From Deferribacterales bacterium (lineage in GTDB: Bacteria; Chrysiogenota; Deferribacteres; Deferribacterales; Geovibrionaceae), in contig JBFWJS010000003.1 of the NCBI GenBank assembly GCA_050253075.1, positions 309,458-373,457 on the forward strand: a stretch of DNA of 64,000 nt, given 5' to 3'. Made by a program: the position numbers and the translations under genes. Below, in pieces: positions 29,528 to 38,397 of the stretch (positions are counted from its first letter, which is position 1; every line of letters begins with the position of its first letter). The notes below the pieces were generated by a model, which searched no databases, was not told where the DNA came from, and was given only the letters and a program-made list of their open reading frames with translations.

Positions 29528-29530
29528 TTC

Positions 29531-29719
29531 TTACTCCTTATGATTTTTTACTATACCATGTTTTTTAAGGTTTTGCTCTAAGGTCTTCTCCATATCTACA
29601 GCCATCTCTGTAGGATCAATAGGTAGCTCCAGCGTCTTGCAAAGAGCCTGGGCAAGCCTAGACAGGCTATCCAAATTGTTTATTCTTCTTTCAAATTCAA
29701 GTTCTTCAAACGCATTCAT
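29531..29719 (-). CDS. Small hypothetical protein (62 aa)
   Basis: AGGTG RBS; middle gene of a tight three-gene run. Confidence 0.55.
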   Translation of the reverse strand: MNAFEELEFERRINNLDSLSRLAQALCKTLELPIDPTEMAVDMEKTLEQNLKKHGIVKNHKE

Positions 29720-29726
29720 AATTCAC

Positions 29727-29942
29727 CTAGAAATATGAAACTTTCACACAATATATAAAGGCTGCAGCAAGCATAAAACCGACAAAATATGGGATATACT
29801 TTGCCCATGCTGGCGAGAAATCTTCAATCATATTCCCGCAAATAGGGCAATATGTTGCGATTGGTTGTCCGTGTTCGATATGCATTCTTGGTATTATGGA
29901 GCTACCGCATCCCGGACACTGTATTGTTGTTCTGTATGACAT
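29727..29942 (-). CDS. Small zinc-ribbon plus TM protein (71 aa)
   Basis: CPGCG...CPICG then a hydrophobic C-terminal helix; GGAGG RBS. Confidence 0.65.
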   Translation of the reverse strand: MSYRTTIQCPGCGSSIIPRMHIEHGQPIATYCPICGNMIEDFSPAWAKYIPYFVGFMLAAAFIYCVKVSYF

Positions 29943-30073
29943 ATAACCTCCTGTATAATATACATTATAGTATATTATACAAATACAAAATACAAGTGAA
30001 AGTTGCTGATTATATTTAAGTTGCCTTTATTCGAGAGCTGTAGCAGACTATATGAAAAGCCTTTGGGGATAAT

Positions 30074-30634
30074 ATGCTGCACTTTAATCTAAGCAAAAAC
30101 ATGTATGAGACTTTGTCGAAAGCTAAGGCAGATATGACTCATAATAAACCAAATAATGCATGGGATTGGCATGCTAAGATTATTAAGTTCGGAAGAGTTA
30201 ATTGCGTCATCGCCGTTGAGGAAGACACAAGATATGCAATATTCCTATGTGACCTCAAAAAGGCTGACTTCAAGATGTTTCACTATGCTTTCATGGATCA
30301 GTTTGAAAATCACATAGTAGACTTGTTTGGAGATACTTCTGTAGAGACGCAGAAGATTATATTTGATCTGGTTCTTCGGCTTAGGGGCAGTTGTTCTTAC
30401 TCAAAGCCAATGTCAAATAGTGTTATTTCCCATATGACACAGATGCAGTATGAGATTGAAGATTTTTGCCATAGAGACCTAGGCGGCTATCTGCCAGCAA
30501 CAAATCATCATTTACTTTCTCTCGGGCATCGCCTTAATGACAATATACGAACTCATAAAAACATAAAGACAGAGTGCATTGTGCCAATAAGAGAGTTTAA
30601 AGCTAAGATATTATCCATGCTCAATATAGACTAA
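30074..30634 (+). CDS. DUF6933-like hypothetical protein
   Basis: WDWHA...GRVNCVIAVEEDTRY..F and NSVISHM motifs. Confidence 0.6.
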   Translation: MLHFNLSKNMYETLSKAKADMTHNKPNNAWDWHAKIIKFGRVNCVIAVEEDTRYAIFLCDLKKADFKMFHYAFMDQFENHIVDLFGDTSVETQKIIFDLVLRLRGSCSYSKPMSNSVISHMTQMQYEIEDFCHRDLGGYLPATNHHLLSLGHRLNDNIRTHKNIKTECIVPIREFKAKILSMLNID

Positions 30635-31554
30635 TTTTTGTTAAAACATATTGCACCCTCAAGGGTTTCGGTAAAGTAGCCTCTAACCGCTCCTGGTGAG
30701 ATGATTTTGATATATGGGAGCCATGGGAGGCAAAGCTTGACGCATTCGATGTGGGACCCAGCCTGAAACTCTATGATGATGTCTCCGTTGTTGTGTTCGT
30801 CAACGATGCTCTGTTCTGGAAAAAATTCCTTTCGACGAATGTAGCCAGCCATCTGCTCTTTCAGCAGACATCTAACTTTTATCTTTTTCTCTGGATCGAA
30901 AAAGATATTATTGGCTTTTGATATCTCTTCATTCAGGACGTCATGCCCCATATCAAAGGACTCCCCAGTAGCTTTAATTTCATCCATTAAGTCGAGGCCA
31001 AATTTGCGGAGAGAGTCTTGTTCGTTAAGTGCAGCCAGGTACCAGAATCCGTCATTATATAAAAGCCGGTAAGGTTTAACTGTGTATGCTTTATCGTTTT
31101 TCTGATAATTGAATGAGATCACTTTTCTTTCTATGATATATTTCTCCAGGAGAGTGAAGTTTTCTGCAATCTTATCAAATCCCACCGAATCGGCCTTCAT
31201 AAATTGTATGACATTTTGTCTATTGGATGCGGATACGATCTTCTTTCTGAGCTTTGACAGCATGCCGGAATATTCGTCCTTCAGAATGTTCTCTGCATAA
31301 TCAAAAAGACCGGAGAGGACTGCCAGCTCATCCTGCTTTAAATAGCTCTCCTGAAGCCCGTAGTGCTCTGTCAGATACCAGTGATGCTTTTCATCGCTGT
31401 AGCATACTCCAGGGAGATAACTCATGTCAGAGAGATATCTCTGGGCAGTACGCAGGCTGACACCTAGTTCATCAGCAACCATGCTTGATGTGACATACCT
31501 ATTCTCATTCAGCAGTTTTATTAGTTTTAAGGCTATATATAGCTTATTCATCAA
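30631..31554 (-). CDS. HTH-WYL-WCX transcriptional regulator (YafY/PafC-like)
   Basis: VADELGVSLRTAQRYL HTH; VKPYRL...GFWYL...RKF.LD; C-terminal IKIISP. Confidence 0.92.
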   Translation of the reverse strand: MMNKLYIALKLIKLLNENRYVTSSMVADELGVSLRTAQRYLSDMSYLPGVCYSDEKHHWYLTEHYGLQESYLKQDELAVLSGLFDYAENILKDEYSGMLSKLRKKIVSASNRQNVIQFMKADSVGFDKIAENFTLLEKYIIERKVISFNYQKNDKAYTVKPYRLLYNDGFWYLAALNEQDSLRKFGLDLMDEIKATGESFDMGHDVLNEEISKANNIFFDPEKKIKVRCLLKEQMAGYIRRKEFFPEQSIVDEHNNGDIIIEFQAGSHIECVKLCLPWLPYIKIISPGAVRGYFTETLEGAICFNKN

Positions 31555-31558
31555 TAGC

Positions 31559-34500
31559 CTACTGTTTTTGTAACATCAGGACATTATTTTCGTTTCTTAT
31601 CTGATTTGAGGTCGCAAGGCAATTAATATTATCTCTTATCCTGTCTGCGATATTCTCAGTAGTTCTGGCAAATCCCAGTAAATTCGAAGTTTTCAAAACA
31701 GCTTCTTCGGAAGGGATAGAGAATGCATTTTGTATGATAAGCTTTAAAGCTTCCATGATTTCTTCGTCACAGATAAATTCAATTTTCTTTTCTTGGTTCT
31801 CCAACCCAGACCTATCTCGAACAATAGGAATTTCCATATTCTGATCCCATACGAAATCATTTCTGAATCTGAAATCGCCATTTTCGCTTCCAACTATGCA
31901 GGCGGAGTATACTGCAGTCTGGATTCTGGATCCTGATTTTTGTATGCCTGCTGATAGGCGAAGCCTTTTGGTGAGTTCATCCACATGTATGGGCGATTCT
32001 GTTTTTGCTACTTCTACGATGTATGGGATTAGCTCCCCTGTATATAATTCATGGAAGTTTCTTCCGAACAGAGAGACTTCTACATCTGATTTCATATATT
32101 CTTGAGCTTTGAAAAATTCAGGCACAGAAACTGTTTCACGCTCAATTGTCTTGGGCTTGATGGACTCATTTTTTATACTTCTAGCTTCTTCATCGAATTG
32201 TTTCTCCGCAGCGTCCTTCATTGCCTGTAATACTTTTTCAAGCTCTTTTTCCGGAGAACGATACCAGTCAGTACTCCATATCCGGTGAATATTCCACCCG
32301 AGACCTTCCAGGACTTCCTGCCTGAGTCGGTCTCTGTCTCTGGCTGCTTTTGCACTGTGATATGTTGCGCCGTCACACTCGATTCCTAGTAGATATCTGC
32401 CCGGGAAATCATTATGTTTAATACCTATGTCGATCCGATATCCTGCTGTGCCTACCTGTGGCTCTGTCTCTATGCCTCTGTCGAAGAGAGCGTTAATAAC
32501 AGCGTCCTCAAAAGGAGAGTCTGTATCTTTACCAGTAGAATAAGGCTGCTGAATTTTCTTAGTTTCGGAATATTCCAGAAAGTATCTCAGAGCATGTGAA
32601 CCTACAGATGTTGAGTTTCGTAAATCCATTTCGGCAGCTCTGAAGTTACTGAAAACAACCATACTTAGTTTTGCTCTGGAAATAAGTACATTAAGCCTTC
32701 TTTCACCGCCATTCTTTGTTAACGGACCAAAATTCATCGAAAGCTGTCCCTCGGCAGTTTTCCCATACCCGATGCTTATAAAAATAGTGTCTCTTTCATC
32801 ACCCTGAACATTCTCAAGGTTTTTAATAAAGAAGCTTTCGTATTTATCTCTTGCGAAAAAGTCCTCGAAGCTATCATCTTTTGAGCGTAAATACTCCAGA
32901 TGAGCTTCAATAGCATCTCTCTGCTCCATGCTGAAGGCAACAACTCCGAGAGAGCGTTCCGGTTGAGTTTTTATATGTTCGATGACTGCCTGAGCAACGA
33001 TTTCAGCCTCTTTCTGATTGGTTCGAGATTTTCCTTTGTCATAGACAGTTTGAGGGCTATATCTGAGGGATAGTCCTCTTCCTTCTAAGTCAAAATGAGG
33101 AGATGGGAAGACAATGAGCCTATTGTCATAGAATTTATAATTGGAAACTGCAATCAGAGAATCGTGTCTGCTTCTGTAATGCCACTGGAGCATTCTTTCG
33201 AGCGCACCCTTCGCAGTAAACAGGCTAAGGATGCTTTCCATGTCTCCGACATTGTTATAGTCATCTTCATCTTCTGATTCTCCGCCTATCTTACCGAAGA
33301 AGTTTGTTGGCGGAAGCTGTTTGCTGTCTCCGACTACAATCGTCTGCTTTCCTCTAAGGATTGCGCCAAAAGCATCTATAGGTTTCACTTGGCTAGCCTC
33401 GTCAAAAACAACAAGATCGAACTGCAGTGAGCCAAGGGGCAGGTATGTTGCTATAGACATAGGGCTCATCATGAAAACAGGTTTAATTGCCTGTATTGCA
33501 TGACCGGCAGTCTCTATGAGTTTTCTAATAGGCATATGTTTTCTTTTCTTAGAGATTTCGTTTCTGATGGTAGCCATCTCGCCATCGAAACCTTTCGGAA
33601 TGTTTGACCAGTGCTGAAGGGCTATTTTCTCGCAGTTCTTAGCCATAAGCTTTTTGTCTATTTCAGAAAAAGACATGATCTTAGTTTTGTGACCAACGCA
33701 GTTAAAGTTTGCTATTTCAGGTGTATTCCTATAGGTCATATCTGTTATTTCTTTGTACCAGAAGAAGTCATACGCATTTAGATAGTCAGCCGCAGAGTGT
33801 TTCCACTCAAAAGCTATGTCTGCCAGTTCACTTTTTCCGTGCTCTTTCAGACGTTTCTTGAGTGAGTTGAAATATACGATATCATCTAGTTTATCAATAT
33901 TTTCTAGCCAGTTATGGAGTTTATTGCTCTTTGTAGCCAAATCCGTATTCTCAGTAATCTCGATCATGATAATTTCTTTCAGGTTATTCTGCAGTCCAGC
34001 TGTTTCCTCTAATAACCCGACATTCTGTTTGCATTTCTCATATATCTCAGAGGTTTTTGGGTTGCTGACCAAGTCGAGAGCACATGGTAATAGCTCGCCA
34101 TTTTGTATCGCTGCATGTTTATCACACATCCAGTCTAATATAGATTTTATCCTGTCCCAATCTGTGCTGCTTATTGTTAGATTTTCTTCTATCAGCTGCT
34201 GCAAAAGCGGCAAAGTCTTTTCTGTCTCCGGTAAGTTCTTCCTAACATAAATGACAGAGTCGAGCATCTTGACGACGGTGCCAGCTTTAAAATCAAAACT
34301 ACCTTTTATATACCCTTTAACAGACCTTGCGGCTTTCCGGTAGTCTCCAGACAGGAATCGCCACCATTTATCACCGACAGAAGCGATCACCTTTCTTTCA
34401 TTAAGGAAGTCAGTCTCCCATGCCTCTTCAATAAGTACTGATTGATAATCATTATAAGAGGATTGTACCTGCTGGACATTGGCTATAGTGTTTCTGATTG

Positions 34501-36211
34501 CATCTGGGCTGCTTGTCCACTTTTCAGAATGCTTATCGACGCTCGAAATATCCGGAGCATCCTTGATTTGCTCAATTGTTTGAATTAAGTGCGCCATCTC
34601 TTCAACAGTAGGGGAGAATGATGCTTTTATATCGGAAGCCATTTCATTTGTTGAGGATGTAACCTTAGATATATTATCAAGTGCTTGTTTGATGATTTTT
34701 ACAGTATTTGACTTGTCATCAGGAGGCAGCATGCTGATGCTGCTTGCGGCAAATGGGTTCTCGCTGGGTGTACCATATTCTTTAAGATAGTCAGCGATCT
34801 CTGTGATGATATTTCTTATTTTCTGGTATTCTTCCTGATTTAAATTAAGCTGTGGATATTTTTCGCCATCTTCCAGTGGGTTTTTAATTTTGCTCAGCTG
34901 ACCGATAGCGTATATAAAACTGAAATCGGTACCGGCAATTTTCTTATTAACGGCTTCACAGTAGCTGTTTAACCTGTCACGTGCTGCGAGGTAGTCCTGC
35001 ACATCGTATCTGTCGTCATTTATCTTTGGTTTTCCGCTTATCATTACTCTTTCGAGCTCTGCCAGAAAGTTCTTTTTATTCGTTTTAAAGCTATGCAGCT
35101 CAAGGACAGCATCACCGATACCAGCCTGATCCAGCCTGTTTTTAACAACATCCAGGGCGGCCATTTTTTCGGAGACAAAGAGTATCTTCTTACCTCTGGC
35201 GATATTCTCAGCAATTATATTTGTAATGGTTTGTGATTTTCCTGTACCGGGAGGACCCTGTATAACAAGGCTCTTGCCTGAGCAGGCATCCAGTATGGCA
35301 AGCATCTGTGTTCTGTCAGCGTCCTTAATCAGGTGGCTGTTTTCTGGACTTACCATATCATCGATATTATCGTCATCAGAATACTCACTGATGTTATCTC
35401 TGAATCCTTCGTTAAGCAAAGCATCAAGGACAGCGGACTCTTCGTTCTTCCATTTCTCAGCTTCCAGATCTTTATACATAAGAAATTTACCGAATGAGAA
35501 GAATCCCAGTGTTATATCATCCCTTTCCACATGCCAGTTATTCATCCCGCTGACAGTTTGCTCCACATCGCTGAAATAGCTGTTTATATCAAAGTCTTCG
35601 ATATCATTAATCGCTGGCAGTGTTATGGCGAATTCTGATCTGAGCTTTTCTGCTAATGAAAGGTTTTCGCCTATGTCGTCGCTATTGTATTCAATGCTGA
35701 AACGGTCTCTTGCGCTTTTTCTGGAAATAGTTACAGGGATCAAAACCAGAGGCGCACGCCTCATTTGACTGGAGCTTTCAGACTCATGCCAGTGGAGGAA
35801 CCCAAGAGCCAGATAAAGTATATTTACCCCCTGTTCCTCAAGGTATGTTTTGGCATCATTATGTATGGATAAAAGTTTCTTCTGAAGCTTATCAGAAGAC
35901 ATCTTGGTTTGCAGCTTGCTGTCATAGTGTCTGTCAGCGTAACCTCTTGCATCGATGATTTCTTCGGGTTGTTCCAGTAAAAGTCCAATGTCAGTTTCGC
36001 CATTTTCGTCATCAATCAACTCTTCCGGCAAAGGTATAAAGGACATCTTTTTCCCATGAGCAACCATAATATCAAAAATGCTGTCAGACTTTTCGTCAAC
36101 AATTTCGATCTGTTTTCTTTTTCTGCTGTAGTTAATCAGGGTATTCCTTAAGGAAAGGTCTAAGAGTTCTTTTCGGCTTTTCTCAAGCGTTACAAGTGTT
36201 TCTGTGATCAT
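31559..36211 (-). CDS. DUF4011-SF1 helicase-Vsr-like nuclease-DUF3320 protein (Hhe-like defence protein)
   Basis: LLDLSLRNTLIN, QGPPGTGKSQTI, FDEASQ, VGDSKQLPP, HYRS, ENVQGDERD, RRLNVLISRA, SPFE, GIECDGATYH..RDRDRLRQ. Confidence 0.88.
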   Translation of the reverse strand: MITETLVTLEKSRKELLDLSLRNTLINYSRKRKQIEIVDEKSDSIFDIMVAHGKKMSFIPLPEELIDDENGETDIGLLLEQPEEIIDARGYADRHYDSKLQTKMSSDKLQKKLLSIHNDAKTYLEEQGVNILYLALGFLHWHESESSSQMRRAPLVLIPVTISRKSARDRFSIEYNSDDIGENLSLAEKLRSEFAITLPAINDIEDFDINSYFSDVEQTVSGMNNWHVERDDITLGFFSFGKFLMYKDLEAEKWKNEESAVLDALLNEGFRDNISEYSDDDNIDDMVSPENSHLIKDADRTQMLAILDACSGKSLVIQGPPGTGKSQTITNIIAENIARGKKILFVSEKMAALDVVKNRLDQAGIGDAVLELHSFKTNKKNFLAELERVMISGKPKINDDRYDVQDYLAARDRLNSYCEAVNKKIAGTDFSFIYAIGQLSKIKNPLEDGEKYPQLNLNQEEYQKIRNIITEIADYLKEYGTPSENPFAASSISMLPPDDKSNTVKIIKQALDNISKVTSSTNEMASDIKASFSPTVEEMAHLIQTIEQIKDAPDISSVDKHSEKWTSSPDAIRNTIANVQQVQSSYNDYQSVLIEEAWETDFLNERKVIASVGDKWWRFLSGDYRKAARSVKGYIKGSFDFKAGTVVKMLDSVIYVRKNLPETEKTLPLLQQLIEENLTISSTDWDRIKSILDWMCDKHAAIQNGELLPCALDLVSNPKTSEIYEKCKQNVGLLEETAGLQNNLKEIIMIEITENTDLATKSNKLHNWLENIDKLDDIVYFNSLKKRLKEHGKSELADIAFEWKHSAADYLNAYDFFWYKEITDMTYRNTPEIANFNCVGHKTKIMSFSEIDKKLMAKNCEKIALQHWSNIPKGFDGEMATIRNEISKKRKHMPIRKLIETAGHAIQAIKPVFMMSPMSIATYLPLGSLQFDLVVFDEASQVKPIDAFGAILRGKQTIVVGDSKQLPPTNFFGKIGGESEDEDDYNNVGDMESILSLFTAKGALERMLQWHYRSRHDSLIAVSNYKFYDNRLIVFPSPHFDLEGRGLSLRYSPQTVYDKGKSRTNQKEAEIVAQAVIEHIKTQPERSLGVVAFSMEQRDAIEAHLEYLRSKDDSFEDFFARDKYESFFIKNLENVQGDERDTIFISIGYGKTAEGQLSMNFGPLTKNGGERRLNVLISRAKLSMVVFSNFRAAEMDLRNSTSVGSHALRYFLEYSETKKIQQPYSTGKDTDSPFEDAVINALFDRGIETEPQVGTAGYRIDIGIKHNDFPGRYLLGIECDGATYHSAKAARDRDRLRQEVLEGLGWNIHRIWSTDWYRSPEKELEKVLQAMKDAAEKQFDEEARSIKNESIKPKTIERETVSVPEFFKAQEYMKSDVEVSLFGRNFHELYTGELIPYIVEVAKTESPIHVDELTKRLRLSAGIQKSGSRIQTAVYSACIVGSENGDFRFRNDFVWDQNMEIPIVRDRSGLENQEKKIEFICDEEIMEALKLIIQNAFSIPSEEAVLKTSNLLGFARTTENIADRIRDNINCLATSNQIRNENNVLMLQKQ

Positions 36212-36297
36212 ATCAAAACCTGCGATTAAAATTATACAATATAATATTTTGCACTCTATATAGTAGATTTACAATACGAAATTATAATGACTTTGAA

Positions 36298-36329
36298 CGA
36301 CAAGATCTGTCGCTTGCCTGGTTTATTCT
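36298..36329 (+). promoter_or_regulatory. Putative WYL-activator site and -10 box for the lipoprotein gene
   Basis: Palindrome CGACA-N5-TGTCG (36298-36312); TGTCGC-N10-TATTCT. Confidence 0.65.
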
Positions 36330-36349
36330 GATAAAAACAGGAGGCGGCA

Positions 36350-36757
36350 ATGTTTAAAAAAATTGTAGTGGTTCTGGTTATTGTATCGTTTTGCTTCAGT
36401 TGTGCCAAAAGACAGCCTAATACGATAATGGCGTATCAGCCAGGGGATGAAAACAGAAGCTGTCAGTCGATCCTAAGTGAAATCTCCTATTATCACAACA
36501 AAATCAATGAAAAGTCCGGTGAGGTAAACAGCAGGACAGGTAAGAATGTTGCTCTAGGAGTCACAGGAGCTTTCCTGATAGTTCCTCTTTTCTTCATGGA
36601 TCTCAGCGGAGCGGAAAAAACAGAGCTTGAGTCCTATAAAATGCGTATTGAGCGTCTTCAGCTCATCGCTATGGAGAAGAGCTGCTCTTTCACACCGATT
36701 AAGTTTGAGGACAAAAAAGAAGAAACCCCAACACAAGAGGAGCAGACCACAGAGTAG
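36350..36757 (+). CDS. Small lipoprotein with internal hydrophobic segment
   Basis: Lipobox-like CFSC, GGAGG RBS, two further Cys, segment VALGVTGAFLIVPLFF. Confidence 0.8.
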   Translation: MFKKIVVVLVIVSFCFSCAKRQPNTIMAYQPGDENRSCQSILSEISYYHNKINEKSGEVNSRTGKNVALGVTGAFLIVPLFFMDLSGAEKTELESYKMRIERLQLIAMEKSCSFTPIKFEDKKEETPTQEEQTTE

Positions 36758-36760
36758 CCT

Positions 36761-36790
36761 AGTGCCCTCTTTGCAGGGCACTTTTCTTTT
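36761..36790 (+). terminator. Intrinsic terminator after the lipoprotein gene
   Basis: AGTGCCCT-N6-AGGGCACT-TTTCTTTT. Confidence 0.75.
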
Positions 36791-36855
36791 ACAAAGTATT
36801 CCGATTTTACAAAGCCTTGTGTTATATTATTCACAGTACATGAGAGAGGTAACAA

Positions 36856-38397
36856 ATGACCCTGACACTTGAAACACTGGAGAGCTGGCTGTGGGGAGCT
36901 GCGGACATTCTGCGTGGCAATACAGACAGCTCAGACTATAAAAACTATATATTCGGACTGCTCTTTTTAAAGCGGGCAAATGATGTTTTCTTCGAAGAGG
37001 TGGAGAGAGCAAAACAGGAAGGCTACACCCGTGACGAAGCGATAGAGGACGATGACCTCCACCAGTTTGTCCTGCCGGAGAGTGCCTTCTGGAGTACACT
37101 CACCAAAAAGACTGAGAAAATTGGCGAAGCGATAGACAAAGCCTTTGCCGAGATAGAAGAGCGGAACAAATCGCTGGCTGGCGTTATGACAGCCGTACAT
37201 TTCGGAGACAAAGAGAAGCTGACAGACGCCACCCTTATGCGTCTGCTCGGTCATTTCAATAAATACTCACTGGCTAATGACGACCTCTATACCCCAGACC
37301 TCTTGGGTCAGGCGTATGAATACCTGATAAAGCAGTTTGCTGACGATGCCGGAAAGAAAGGGGGCGAATTCTATACCCCGAAGGGCGTTGTAAAGCTGAT
37401 AGTAAACCTTATCAGACCGGAAGCGGGCAACACTGTCTACGACCCTACATGCGGCTCCGGCGGTATGCTCATCGAGTCCGCCAGATACATAGCCGAAGGC
37501 GGCGGCAAGACACCCACAGGGAAGGTAAACACAACTCTCTATGGACAGGAGCGTAACCTCGGCACATGGGCTATATGTAAGCTGAACATGATCCTGCACG
37601 GATATATGGACGCAAACATTGCCAAAGGCGACACTCTGGGCGACCCGAAACACAGAGACAGCGACGACACTGTTAAAACATTCGACAGAGTTATAGCCAA
37701 TCCGCCGTTCAGTATGGACGGCTGGTGGGATGCGGAGGAAGTATCCGCAGAGGCACAGGGAGCAAAGCCTAACTATACCAAAAATGTTAATGACGGTTTC
37801 GGACGTTTCACATACGGAGTTCCGCCACGCAGCTATGGTGACCTCGCATTTGCCCAGCATATGATAGCATCTCTTCGTCAGGATGGGCGCATGGGCGTTG
37901 TTCTGCCTCATGGTGTGCTTTTCAGAGGGAGCGCAGAGGGGAAGATTCGCACAGGTATGCTGAAGGACGACATTATAGAGGCTGTGGTAGGTCTCCCCAG
38001 CAAACTATTCTATAACACAGGCATACCCGCATGTGTGCTTATCATAAACAAGAGTAAGCCCGCCGAGCTGAAAGGCAAGGTTATCTTCATAGATGCATCA
38101 GCAGAGTTTAAAGCAGGCTCAAACATGAACATGCTGGAGCAGGAACACATCGACAAGGTTGTGCAGGCGTATAGCGCTGGCGAAGATGTTGATAAATTTA
38201 TGCGTATAGTGCCGATGGCTGAGATAAAAGATAACGACCACAACCTGAACATCGCCAGATACATCGACACCAGCGAAGAGGAAGAGCCAGTAGACATCGA
38301 AGCTACTTTAAAAGAGATAGCCGAGCTGGAACAGGCAGAAGAACAGATAGACACCAAATTGAAAACCTACCTTCAGGAGCTTGGCTATGAGTCATAA
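36856..38397 (+). CDS. hsdM: Type I RM methyltransferase subunit
   Basis: LW.AADILRG, GEFYTP, YDPTCGSGGML, ANPPF, HGVLFRG. Confidence 0.96.
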   Translation: MTLTLETLESWLWGAADILRGNTDSSDYKNYIFGLLFLKRANDVFFEEVERAKQEGYTRDEAIEDDDLHQFVLPESAFWSTLTKKTEKIGEAIDKAFAEIEERNKSLAGVMTAVHFGDKEKLTDATLMRLLGHFNKYSLANDDLYTPDLLGQAYEYLIKQFADDAGKKGGEFYTPKGVVKLIVNLIRPEAGNTVYDPTCGSGGMLIESARYIAEGGGKTPTGKVNTTLYGQERNLGTWAICKLNMILHGYMDANIAKGDTLGDPKHRDSDDTVKTFDRVIANPPFSMDGWWDAEEVSAEAQGAKPNYTKNVNDGFGRFTYGVPPRSYGDLAFAQHMIASLRQDGRMGVVLPHGVLFRGSAEGKIRTGMLKDDIIEAVVGLPSKLFYNTGIPACVLIINKSKPAELKGKVIFIDASAEFKAGSNMNMLEQEHIDKVVQAYSAGEDVDKFMRIVPMAEIKDNDHNLNIARYIDTSEEEEPVDIEATLKEIAELEQAEEQIDTKLKTYLQELGYES

